50,093 bases of DNA from Thermomicrobiaceae bacterium (GTDB taxonomy: Bacteria; Chloroflexota; Chloroflexia; Thermomicrobiales; Thermomicrobiaceae). The stretch covers positions 1 to 50,093 of the forward strand of contig SLMJ01000049.1 in NCBI GenBank assembly GCA_007133615.1, written 5' to 3'. Numbering within the stretch: the stretch's first letter is position 1; each line of letters begins with the position of its first letter. This document shows positions 9,054-18,233 of the stretch, one piece after another. The translations under genes were made by a program, and so were the position numbers. The notes beneath the pieces are model-generated. The model was given only the letters and a program-made list of their open reading frames with translations. It ran no database searches and was not told where the DNA came from.

Positions 9054-9995
9054 GTGCTTCAGTTCATCGTTCGCCGACTCGCGTTTCTGGTATTTACCCT
9101 GCTGATCGTCTCGGTGGTGATTTTCTCCGTCACCGAGGTCCTGCCGGGTAATGCCGCGCGGTCAATCCTGGGGGCAGAAGCGACCGAGCAGAGCGTGGCT
9201 GCGCTCGAAGAACGTCTCGGGCTGGATCGACCAGCCTGGGAGCGCTACGTGGACTGGCTATTCGGCGCTGCACAAGGTGATTTTGGCGAGTCGCTCCGGA
9301 TGAATGTTCCCGTTGGGCCGTTGATTCTGGAGCGACTCGGAAACTCACTGGCGCTTGCCGGGATGGCCTTGCTGATCTCGGTCCCGATTGCAATCACGCT
9401 CGGGGTTATCGCAGGTCTTCGCCAGGGAAAACCGGAAGATCATGCGATCTCCGTGGGGACACTTGCTGGTGTCTCGATGCCTGAGTTCGTTGTCGGTGTT
9501 GTGCTGATTCTGGTGTTCGCGTCGACACTGTCGATTCTGCCGGCCTCGAGTCTGATGGAGCCGGACCAGAATCCATTCAGCAATCCGGCTATTCTGGTAC
9601 TGCCGGCGGTGACACTGCTCGCCGTCACGCTGGCCCATACAACCCGAATGACCCGGGCGAGCATGATCAGTGTCATGCAGACGGATTACGTTCGTACGGC
9701 ACTCTTGAAGGGGCTGCCGTGGCGACGAGTGGTTCTGCGACACGCGCTGCCGAACGCTCTGTTGCCGACGATCACGATTATTGCGATTAACATCGGCTGG
9801 ATGATCGGCGGGTTGATCGTTGTTGAGACCGTGTTCAGTTATCCCGGTCTCGGGCAATTAACGATTCGTGCGATCACGAATCGGGACGTTCCGCTGATGC
9901 AGGCGGTGGCGTTGCTCATCACGTTTATCTATGCGTTCGCCAATCTTATCGCGGACGTGCTCTACACGATCCTGAATCCGAGGATCCGGTACTAG
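9054..9995 (+). CDS. ABC transporter permease (DppB/OppB-like)
   Basis: Canonical N-terminus LQFIVRRLAFLVFTLL, multiple TM segments and an EAA-like loop (TDYVRTALLKGLPWRRVVLRHALPNAL). GTG 9054 is preceded by GGGAGA, and the ORF opens at TTG 9027. Confidence 0.85.
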   Translation: MLQFIVRRLAFLVFTLLIVSVVIFSVTEVLPGNAARSILGAEATEQSVAALEERLGLDRPAWERYVDWLFGAAQGDFGESLRMNVPVGPLILERLGNSLALAGMALLISVPIAITLGVIAGLRQGKPEDHAISVGTLAGVSMPEFVVGVVLILVFASTLSILPASSLMEPDQNPFSNPAILVLPAVTLLAVTLAHTTRMTRASMISVMQTDYVRTALLKGLPWRRVVLRHALPNALLPTITIIAINIGWMIGGLIVVETVFSYPGLGQLTIRAITNRDVPLMQAVALLITFIYAFANLIADVLYTILNPRIRY

Positions 9996-10049
9996 GCACC
10001 AGGTCCCGTTCCGGAGCGGAAAACCCGCTTCGGTCGACACGGAGGAGAC

Positions 10050-11063
10050 ATGTTGTATCAGCAGCACAATCCGGAACGTCAACGGGCCCTGGGTGGCATC
10101 ACCGTGCACCACTCGACGATCGCCGGGTCTCACGAGCATGGGCACGGTGGGCAGCCTCCGGGTGAGCCTGGGCCGGACGCAAACGCCTCGTATGACTACG
10201 GTGTTGACGACACCGAAACGCCGTCGGTCTTTCGGCAGATTATTCGAACTCCCGGGGTTGCGATTCCCGGAGCGATTCTGCTGATGTTCCTGCTGATCGC
10301 CGTGGTTGCGCCGCTCATTGCTCCGTATCCACCGACCGAGTTTCACTCGGGTCGATCTTATGAAGGACCGAGCGCGGACTTCCTTCTGGGTACCGATCAG
10401 TTCGGTCGCGACATCCTGAGCCGGGTCCTGGTCGGAACGCGAAGCATCTTCCTGGTCTCCTTCAGTGCGACGGCGTTTGGTGTGCTGCTCGGCACGCTGG
10501 TCGGGCTGACTGCCGGATACTACGGCGGGAAGACAGATGAAATCGTCATGCGCATCGCAGATGCTGTTATGAGTTTCCCGTCTCTGCTTCTGGCGCTCTT
10601 CGTTCTGACGATGTTCGGGCCGGCGGTTATCAATGTGATCATCGCAATCGGGATCGTCTTCATACCGCGCGTTGCCAGGATCATCCGAAGCGTCGCCCTG
10701 GACATCAGGACCAATCAGTTCATCCAGGCAGCCGAAGCCAGAGGAGAGCGCGGCGTGTACATCATCCTGCGGGAGATGCTGCCGAATGCCTGGCCGCCGA
10801 TCATCGTTGAGAGCTCGATCCGGGTCAGTTACGCGATTCTGATTAGCGCGTCGCTCGGGTTCCTGGGGCTTGGTGTGCAGGAACCAACACCGGATTGGGG
10901 GCTGATGATCTCCCAGGGACGTAACGTGATCGCAGTTGCCCCGTGGAACGTGCTCGCACCGGCGGTGGCGATTTCAGCGCTCGTCATCTCAACGAACCTC
11001 TTTGCGGATGGGTTGAGCCGCATCCTGCTCGCCGGAGGGCGCGTGGAGGGAGCCAACGAATGA
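10050..11063 (+). CDS. ABC transporter permease (DppC/OppC-like) with His-rich N-terminal extension
   Basis: Core motifs: LIAPYPP, LGTDQFGRDILSRV, and an EAA loop FIQAAEARGERGVYIILREMLPNA. GGAGGAG lies immediately upstream of ATG 10050. The first ~60 residues (..HHSTIAGSHEHGHGG..) precede TM1. Confidence 0.85.
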   Translation: MLYQQHNPERQRALGGITVHHSTIAGSHEHGHGGQPPGEPGPDANASYDYGVDDTETPSVFRQIIRTPGVAIPGAILLMFLLIAVVAPLIAPYPPTEFHSGRSYEGPSADFLLGTDQFGRDILSRVLVGTRSIFLVSFSATAFGVLLGTLVGLTAGYYGGKTDEIVMRIADAVMSFPSLLLALFVLTMFGPAVINVIIAIGIVFIPRVARIIRSVALDIRTNQFIQAAEARGERGVYIILREMLPNAWPPIIVESSIRVSYAILISASLGFLGLGVQEPTPDWGLMISQGRNVIAVAPWNVLAPAVAISALVISTNLFADGLSRILLAGGRVEGANE

Positions 11064-13156
11064 GCAATCCAGTTCTCAGCATCAAAGACCTCCACCTGTC
11101 ATATGGTTCCGGACCGGCACGCGTTCGGGCAGTCCGTGGAGTGAGTTTTGACATTCAGCCCGGTGAAGTGCTGGGCGTGGTTGGTGAATCTGGTTGCGGG
11201 AAGAGCACCGTCGGCTTTGCGGCGATGGGTTACGTGGCGCCGGGCGGCCAGATTACGCATGGCGAAATCCTGTATCAGGGTCATAACATCGCGACCATGC
11301 GTTCTCGGGATTTGCAGCGGCTTCGGGGCAAAGAGATCGCGATGGTCTTTCAAAACCCGCTAACCTCACTCAACCCGTCGATGACTGTCGGCGAGCAAAT
11401 CATCGAGGTACTGGAACACCACACCGGGATGAGGGAATCGGAAGCACGCCAGCGCGTAATTGACCTTTTCGAGAGTGTCTACCTGCCGTCTCCGGAAGAG
11501 ACCATGCACCGATATCCGCACCAGCTTTCCGGCGGACAGCAGCAGCGAGTGGTGATCGCTATGGCGATGGCCTGCGATCCGGCACTGCTGATCATGGACG
11601 AGCCGACCACCGGACTCGACGTGACCACCGAAGCGACGATTCTCGACCTGATCGCCGAGCTGAAAGAGAAGACCAGTGCAGCGATCATGTACATCACCCA
11701 CAACCTTGGTGTGATCGCAAGGGTCGCGGATCGTGTGGTTGTGATGTATTCCGGTGAGGTTGCCGAAGAAGCGCCGGTTGGCGAGATCTTCGCAACGCCT
11801 CGACATCCTTATACCACTGGACTGATGGGGGCGGTGCCGGACGTGTCTCGCGCGAATATCGCGTTGCGACCAATTCCCGGACAACTGCCGCGTCCTGGCA
11901 GCTATACCGGGGGGTGCCCATTCGCTCCACGGTGCAGCTATGCTCAGGATGTCTGCACCGAGAGCCACCCACCACTCGAAGAGGTCAATGACCGCCACTT
12001 CGCGCGGTGTTTCTTCTGGGACCAGGTTTCACTCAAACGCGAAGAGGTCGAGGTTGTGCCCGAAGCGCAAAAACCTCAGACTGATCCGGTTCTGAAAATC
12101 GATAACCTGAAAAAGTACTACGAGCAATCGCTCGGAATTCTTCCGTGGAGTTCGAAGAAGCGGGTCGTCAAGGCAGTTGATGGTGTTTCGTTCGAGATCG
12201 GCGAACAGGAGACGCTGGCGCTTGTCGGAGAGTCTGGCTGTGGCAAGACGACGCTGTCCTCTGCGATTGTGGGACTGACCGATGATGTCGATGGCGAGAT
12301 GCTCCTGGACGGGAAGAAGCTCGAGCCGCGCGTCAAAAAGCGCCCAATGTCCCAGCGCCAGCAGCTGCAGATCGTCTTCCAGAATCCGGACTCATCCCTG
12401 AATCCGGCTCATACGATCTACGAGATTATCAGTCGCCCGCTCAAGCTGTTCCGTGGCGAGGAAGTGAAGGGTCGGGTGAAGGACGAGGTTGTCAGCATTC
12501 TGGAGAGCGTGAACCTGCACGAATCGTATCTCTGGCGGTATCCATCGCAGCTTTCGGGCGGTGAGAAGCAGCGCGTGGCGATCGCCCGGGCGCTGGCGGC
12601 GAACCCGAAGGTGATCATTTGCGATGAGCCGGTCTCTGCGCTGGACGTTTCGGTTCAGGCGACTGTCCTCAACCTGCTGAAGAAGCTGCAGGAAGAGGAC
12701 GGCTACTCGTACCTGTTTATCTCGCATGACCTTAGTGTCGTCCGTTACCTCTCTAACCGGGTGATGGTCATGTATCTCGGGCATATTATGGAGATTGGCC
12801 CGACTAGCGAGGTGTTCCATCCGCCGTATCACCCGTACACCGAGGCGCTGACGTCGGCGATTCCGCTGCCGAACCCGCAGATCGAGCAGGCGCAGATCCG
12901 GCTCCAGGGCGCGGTTCCGAGTGCAGCAAACCCGCCGTCAGGATGTCCGTTTCAGACTCGCTGCCCCCGTAAGATCGGTTCCATCTGTGAGGAAGAGTTC
13001 CCACCGATGCAGGACGCCGGGGATGGTCACCAGATCCGGTGTCATATTCCACTGGACGAGCTGAAGGCCGTGGAACCGGTCATCCGGATGAAGAAGGGCG
13101 CCGCCCGGGATGTTGAAGAAGTCGCAGAGCATTCCGAACAGCCGGTGAGCGACTAG
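11060..13156 (+). CDS. ABC transporter ATP-binding protein with two fused nucleotide-binding domains (DppD-DppF type)
   Basis: Two Walker A motifs (GESGCGKST and GESGCGKTT), two LSGG signatures (LSGGQQQRV and LSGGEKQRV) and two Walker B motifs (LLIMDEPT and VIICDEPV). Each domain has an oligopeptide-type C-terminal Cys-rich tail. ATG 11060 overlaps the upstream stop (ATGA) and GGAGGGA lies 8 nt upstream. Confidence 0.9.
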   Translation: MSNPVLSIKDLHLSYGSGPARVRAVRGVSFDIQPGEVLGVVGESGCGKSTVGFAAMGYVAPGGQITHGEILYQGHNIATMRSRDLQRLRGKEIAMVFQNPLTSLNPSMTVGEQIIEVLEHHTGMRESEARQRVIDLFESVYLPSPEETMHRYPHQLSGGQQQRVVIAMAMACDPALLIMDEPTTGLDVTTEATILDLIAELKEKTSAAIMYITHNLGVIARVADRVVVMYSGEVAEEAPVGEIFATPRHPYTTGLMGAVPDVSRANIALRPIPGQLPRPGSYTGGCPFAPRCSYAQDVCTESHPPLEEVNDRHFARCFFWDQVSLKREEVEVVPEAQKPQTDPVLKIDNLKKYYEQSLGILPWSSKKRVVKAVDGVSFEIGEQETLALVGESGCGKTTLSSAIVGLTDDVDGEMLLDGKKLEPRVKKRPMSQRQQLQIVFQNPDSSLNPAHTIYEIISRPLKLFRGEEVKGRVKDEVVSILESVNLHESYLWRYPSQLSGGEKQRVAIARALAANPKVIICDEPVSALDVSVQATVLNLLKKLQEEDGYSYLFISHDLSVVRYLSNRVMVMYLGHIMEIGPTSEVFHPPYHPYTEALTSAIPLPNPQIEQAQIRLQGAVPSAANPPSGCPFQTRCPRKIGSICEEEFPPMQDAGDGHQIRCHIPLDELKAVEPVIRMKKGAARDVEEVAEHSEQPVSD

Positions 13157-13264
13157 GTCAACTCCATGAGTTCCTCTCCGTGTTCCGTGCCCGAACGGCC
13201 AAGTCATTCGTGCTAAGATGCCGCGGTAGCTTGACACTCGGTAATCGGAGCACGGAGGAATGCT

Positions 13265-14230
13265 ATGTCCACAACTCAGCTCATCAGTCCGGTCCCATCC
13301 GGGCTTCCGTCTTTCCTCGATTCCGAGCGCGCCAAGAATCTGAGTGAACTCGAAGCCGACGTCGCGATCATTGGCGTTCCATATGGGATCCCCTACGACC
13401 TCGCCGGGATGCGTTCGCCGTCTGCTCCGGCGCCCGGAGCGCTGCGGGCTGCGTCTCGCCGGTTCGTCAAATACTTGAGCCATTACGACTTCGATCTCGG
13501 CGGACCAGTCTTCGCCGGTCGAGACGTTCGCCTCGTCGATTGCGGTGACGTGTTCATGTATTCGGGCGATTTCGAAGGCAACAGCCAGCGAACGACCGAA
13601 GCAATCCGCCTGATTCGAAAATCCGGTGCGTTTCCGATCATTCTGGGAGGTGACCACGCCATACCGATTCCGGTCATGCGCGGGTACGACGACATCGGTT
13701 CGATGGCGGTCGTCCAGCTTGACGCCCACATCGACTGGCGGCACGAGGTCAACGGCATTACCGAAGGCTTGAGTAGCCCGATGCGCCGTGCATCCGAACT
13801 GGAATACATCGGCGACATGGCTCAGTTTGGCATTCGCGGCATCGGCAGCGCGCGTCAGGAGGAAGTGGACGCCGCGTTGGCATACGGCTCCCGGCTGATC
13901 ACTGCTGAGGAGATTCACGAACACGGCGTCGCGAGTGTGCTGGACCGAATCCCGGACGCTGAGAACTACTACATCACCTTTGATGCTGACGGTCTGGATC
14001 CTTCGATAGCTCCGGGTGTTAATACTTCGGCTCCCGGTGGATTGACCTATTTCCAGGCTGCACGGCTGATCGAAGCGGTCATCAAACGAGGCCGACTGGT
14101 TGGTTATGATTTCGTGGAGGTTGCTCCGGATAACGATGTGGCCGGGATGACTGCAATGATCGGGGCCCGGCTTGCGCTCTTCACGATCGGTACGCTTTCG
14201 CACAACGGTCAGATTGGTCGAGCCAGATAG
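13265..14230 (+). CDS. agmatinase/arginase-family ureohydrolase (guanidino-group hydrolase)
   Basis: Mn-binding motifs of the arginase fold: GGDHAIPIP, LDAHIDW and ITFDADGLDPSIAPG. GGAGG lies upstream of the ATG. Confidence 0.85.
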   Translation: MSTTQLISPVPSGLPSFLDSERAKNLSELEADVAIIGVPYGIPYDLAGMRSPSAPAPGALRAASRRFVKYLSHYDFDLGGPVFAGRDVRLVDCGDVFMYSGDFEGNSQRTTEAIRLIRKSGAFPIILGGDHAIPIPVMRGYDDIGSMAVVQLDAHIDWRHEVNGITEGLSSPMRRASELEYIGDMAQFGIRGIGSARQEEVDAALAYGSRLITAEEIHEHGVASVLDRIPDAENYYITFDADGLDPSIAPGVNTSAPGGLTYFQAARLIEAVIKRGRLVGYDFVEVAPDNDVAGMTAMIGARLALFTIGTLSHNGQIGRAR

Positions 14231-14248
14231 AAGCTGGATGAGCATGGA

Positions 14249-15718
14249 GTGAGAACGATTCTGGATACGGATTTCCCATCGGCAATAGAAATGATCAGTG
14301 GGCTTCGTTCCGGACGATGGTCGTCCCTGGAACTGGTTCGTGATCTCGTGAGCCGGATTCACCAACACAATCCCCGGCTGAATGCTATTGTCATTGATCG
14401 GCTCGATCAGGCCGAAGTTGAGGCGGCCCGGGCGGATAAACGGAGGGCCGAAGGCAATGACGCTCCATTACTCGGGCTCCCGATGACGATCAAGGAGAGT
14501 ATCGATGTCGCTGGACTTCCCGCTACCAGCGGGATGCCCGAATTTGCCGATCGCGTTCCCGACCGTGATGCTCCGCTTGTTCAAAGCCTCAAGACGGCCG
14601 GTGCGATTATTGTTGGAAAGACGAACCTGCCGTATGCATGCGACGACTGGCAGGCAAACTCCCCGGTTTACGGCACCACGAACAATCCGTGGGATCTGGC
14701 GCGGACGCCGGGTGGGAGTACGGGTGGGGGAGCAGCTGCGCTTGCTGCCGGGATGACGCCACTGGAGATCGGCAGCGATATTGGTGGTTCGGTTCGATTT
14801 CCGGCTGCGTTCTGCGGTGTCTACGGCCACCGCCAGAGTGAGACTCTCGTACCGCAGAGCGGACATTTCCCGGGCCACGAAATTCCGAATCGATCGGTTG
14901 TGCTCAACGTGATGGGTCCGCTTTCGAGAACCGCGGACGACCTGGAGCTTGCGCTGGACGTAATGGCCGGCCCGGAGCTTGGCGAGGACACCGCCTGGAG
15001 GGTGCAGCTCCCCGGACCACGTCACCAGCAATTGCGCGAGTTTCGCGTTGCGGTTTTTCCTGACCTGGACTGGTTGCCGGTATCGCAGGACATCGCCGAT
15101 GCGCGAGATCGGGTCATCGTGGCGCTGGAAGACGCCGGAGCGTACGTGGTCGAGGCAGCTCCGGAGGGCTTCGGTGACCTCAAGGCTTTCCATCGCACGT
15201 ATTGTCGAATGCTGCGAGCGGTGACGTCGATCAATCTTGACGAGCAGGAGCGCCAGACACTGCTCGAGATGGCGCGTTCACGTGGTGACGAGTTTGATTC
15301 AACTGTGGAAGACGCACTGAACGGATCTCCGGCTGATTTCATCATCTGGCACGCTCAGCGAGAGCGGTACCGCCAGGCGTATCGGGATTTCTTCAAGGAC
15401 TTCGATATCCTGCTTGCGCCGATCACGCTGACGACGGCGTTTACGCATCTGCCGAGTCAACAGGCCGGGCTCGATGATTATCACCGGTTGATCGATGTGG
15501 ACGGAATCCGCATGCCGTACGACTATCAGGTCGTCTATCCGGGACTTGCGACGCTTTGCGGCCAGCCCGCAACCGCGTTTCCCGCCGGAGTCAGTGATGA
15601 TGTGCTGCCGACCGGCTTGCAGGCGATCGGACCGTACCTGGAGGACCGGACCACAATCCGGTTCACGGAATTGCTGGCGGAGCAAATCGGCGGCTTCATT
15701 TCACCACCGGGCTATTGA
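14249..15718 (+). CDS. amidase (amidase-signature family), copy 1
   Basis: Catalytic Lys context PMTIKESIDVAG. AS signature GGSTGGGAAALAAG...GSDIGGSVRFPAAFCGVYG. GTG start. Confidence 0.85.
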   Translation: MRTILDTDFPSAIEMISGLRSGRWSSLELVRDLVSRIHQHNPRLNAIVIDRLDQAEVEAARADKRRAEGNDAPLLGLPMTIKESIDVAGLPATSGMPEFADRVPDRDAPLVQSLKTAGAIIVGKTNLPYACDDWQANSPVYGTTNNPWDLARTPGGSTGGGAAALAAGMTPLEIGSDIGGSVRFPAAFCGVYGHRQSETLVPQSGHFPGHEIPNRSVVLNVMGPLSRTADDLELALDVMAGPELGEDTAWRVQLPGPRHQQLREFRVAVFPDLDWLPVSQDIADARDRVIVALEDAGAYVVEAAPEGFGDLKAFHRTYCRMLRAVTSINLDEQERQTLLEMARSRGDEFDSTVEDALNGSPADFIIWHAQRERYRQAYRDFFKDFDILLAPITLTTAFTHLPSQQAGLDDYHRLIDVDGIRMPYDYQVVYPGLATLCGQPATAFPAGVSDDVLPTGLQAIGPYLEDRTTIRFTELLAEQIGGFISPPGY

Positions 15719-15758
15719 TCTTCGATCCTGACCGTTGATCGTAATAAAGGACGAACAG

Positions 15759-17231
15759 ATGAAAACAACAGCTACGGTAGATGCGTGGAGTTCCGCTCTC
15801 GATCTTTCGAAAGCGCTGGAACATCGCCAGATCTCGGCAACGGAACTGCTACAGATGTATCGAGATCGCATAGAATACTTCAATCCTGTGCTAAACGCTA
15901 TTGTGGTCGAGTGTTTCGATCGCGCCGAGGCACGCGCCAGGGAGATCGATTCTGTGGCCCCGGATAAACGCCCAGCGCCACTGTATGGGCTTCCAATGAC
16001 CGTGAAGGAGAGCCTTGAGGTTACCGGACTGCAGACGACTGGCGGCGTTGTGAGCGCCAGAGGGCGAATCTCCGAGTTTGACTCGCCTCACGTCCAGGCG
16101 CTGACGAGCGCGGGGATGTCACTCATGGGGAAGACCAACATTCCATCAGAGTGCGCGGACTGGCAATCGAACTCCCCGGTCTATGGTCGCACGAACAATC
16201 CCTGGAATCTGGACCGCTCGCCTGGAGGGAGTTCGGGTGGGAGCGCGGCCGCGCTGGCGGCCGGGTTGACCCCTCTGGAGATCGGTACCGACATTGGTGG
16301 GTCCGTACGGGTTCCGGCGAACTATTGCGGGCTCTACGGGTTGCGCCCCAGTGAGACAGCCGTGCCGAGATGGGGGGATTCCCCAGGCAGTTCGTTGCCC
16401 AATCCATCGGTTGCAATGTCTGTCTGTGGTCCGCTGGCGCGACATGCCGAAGATCTCGAACTGGCGCTGGACATCATCGGCATGCCAGATCCAGGGGAGG
16501 ACGCAGGGTGGCACCTCAATATTCGCCCTGCACGACGTGAGACTCTCCGGGACTTCAGAGTTGGTTTCCTCGGGGAACTGGACTGGGTACCGTTGTCGAA
16601 TGATGTGCAACGGGCGATCGAGCATGTCCGATTCACGTTGGAACGGGCGGGTGCGACTATCGTCGAAGTCGATCCAGAAGCACTCTTCGCCGGTTCATGG
16701 CGCCATCATCTTGACTACACGAGAATGCTGATGGCGATCATGGGGCCGGATCTATCAGCAGATGATCGCGAGTTCATAAACGAACGACTCACCGACCGGC
16801 CCGAACTCTGGTCAGCGGTGAATGAGGCATTCGAATCACCACCGTACGCGGTGTTCGGATGGTTTGCGCGTCGTGAGCAGCAACGCGAGCGTTACCGGAG
16901 CCTGTTTCAGGACATTGACCTGCTGGTCGCGCCGATCTCACTGAGAACAGCATTTCCACATAAGCCGGAACAGCGCGTGCTTGTCGACCTCTATGATCGA
17001 ACAATTGAGATCGACGGCGTTGAGCATCCATATGATCTCAATGTCGTCTATCCGGGCACGGCAACGTTCGCTGGTCAGCCGGCGGTGGCCTTTCCAACTG
17101 GGTTGGGTGAAGACGGGATGCCGGTTGGATTACAGGCGATCGGTCCATACCTGGAAGACCGGACGCCAATTCGATTTGCCGAACTGATGGCACAGGAGAT
17201 CGGCGGGTTTACCCCGCCTCCTGGGTACTGA
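15759..17231 (+). CDS. amidase (amidase-signature family), copy 2 (tandem paralogue)
   Basis: PMTVKESLEVTG and GGSSGGSAAALAAG...GTDIGGSVRVPANYCGLYG. Colinear with copy 1 through to the shared C-terminus ...LQAIGPYLEDRT.IRF.EL.A..IGGF..PPGY. AAAGGA lies 7 nt upstream of ATG 15759. Confidence 0.85.
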   Translation: MKTTATVDAWSSALDLSKALEHRQISATELLQMYRDRIEYFNPVLNAIVVECFDRAEARAREIDSVAPDKRPAPLYGLPMTVKESLEVTGLQTTGGVVSARGRISEFDSPHVQALTSAGMSLMGKTNIPSECADWQSNSPVYGRTNNPWNLDRSPGGSSGGSAAALAAGLTPLEIGTDIGGSVRVPANYCGLYGLRPSETAVPRWGDSPGSSLPNPSVAMSVCGPLARHAEDLELALDIIGMPDPGEDAGWHLNIRPARRETLRDFRVGFLGELDWVPLSNDVQRAIEHVRFTLERAGATIVEVDPEALFAGSWRHHLDYTRMLMAIMGPDLSADDREFINERLTDRPELWSAVNEAFESPPYAVFGWFARREQQRERYRSLFQDIDLLVAPISLRTAFPHKPEQRVLVDLYDRTIEIDGVEHPYDLNVVYPGTATFAGQPAVAFPTGLGEDGMPVGLQAIGPYLEDRTPIRFAELMAQEIGGFTPPPGY

Positions 17232-17285
17232 GGCGCCGGGACGTAGCGCAGTAGATTCGAGCACAAGAGAGAGGGAACGAGCACA

Positions 17286-18203
17286 ATGGCTGATTTCAAA
17301 GTCGGTCTCTACCAGCCACCGTCCGAATTCACGATGGCCGGGGAGAGTCCCCGCTGGGAGAACATTAAAGAGATGACGCAGGTCGGAGAGCAGGTCGGTT
17401 TCGATTCTGTCTGGATGGCCGATCATCTTCTGTTCCGGACCGGATCCGACGTTCCCGAAAAGGGAATGTGGGAGTGTCTGACGATGCTGTCTGCGCTGGC
17501 CGCGGTAACGGAGAAGATGGAGATTGGTCCGCTGGTAAGTTGTATGGGCTTTCGCAATCCCGCGCTTATCGCCAAGATGGCGGAAACGATTGACGAGATC
17601 AGCGGCGGACGGTTCATCCTGGCACTGGGGGCCGGCTGGCACAAGCCCGAGTACGACGCCTTCGGGTATCCGTATGATCACCGCTATAGCCGCTTCGTTG
17701 AGGGCATCAAGATTATCAGTGGTCTGATCCGCGAGGGCCAGGTCGACTTCCAGGGAGAGTTCTACCAGGCCAATGATTGTGTTCTCCGTCCTCGGGCGCC
17801 TCGTGCCGAGAAGTTGCCGATCATGATCGGGACGTTCGGAAAGAAGATGCTTAGAGTCGCCGCCGAATACGCCGATATCTGGAATGCGGACTGGAGCCAG
17901 TCATTTTCCGAGATCGCGGAGCACGATGCGGAACTGACTCGTGCCTGCGAAGATGTCGGGCGCGATCCGGCGACGCTCGAGCGTACTGCTTGTGTACTCG
18001 TAGAGACCGAAGGAGCGGTCGGACGGGGTAGCAGTCATGCTTCGCGCAACCAGGCCACGTCACCGATGTCGAATGACCAGGTTGTGGAACTGATCGGCGA
18101 GTACAAGGAGAACGGCTACACCCATGTGATCGTCTGGATCGATCCGAACACGCCGCACGCGATCGAACGGTTCGCGCCGGTTATTGAACAGCTGAAACAG
18201 TAG
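17286..18203 (+). CDS. LLM-class (luciferase-like) F420/flavin-dependent oxidoreductase
   Basis: GFDSVWMADHL, GPLVSC..FRNPALIAKMAETIDEISGGRFILALGAGW and GTFGKKMLRVAAEYAD are typical of luciferase-like monooxygenase-fold proteins. Confidence 0.8.
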   Translation: MADFKVGLYQPPSEFTMAGESPRWENIKEMTQVGEQVGFDSVWMADHLLFRTGSDVPEKGMWECLTMLSALAAVTEKMEIGPLVSCMGFRNPALIAKMAETIDEISGGRFILALGAGWHKPEYDAFGYPYDHRYSRFVEGIKIISGLIREGQVDFQGEFYQANDCVLRPRAPRAEKLPIMIGTFGKKMLRVAAEYADIWNADWSQSFSEIAEHDAELTRACEDVGRDPATLERTACVLVETEGAVGRGSSHASRNQATSPMSNDQVVELIGEYKENGYTHVIVWIDPNTPHAIERFAPVIEQLKQ

Positions 18204-18233
18204 ATTCGCTCCGAAGAAACCAAAGGGGGGTTC

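Noticed and set aside
12938-14368. 476-aa ORF on the minus strand
   Set aside because: It is antisense to the well-supported agmatinase-family gene and to the ends of its neighbours. The translation is Arg/Ser/His-rich with no motifs. This is a typical shadow ORF of GC-rich DNA.
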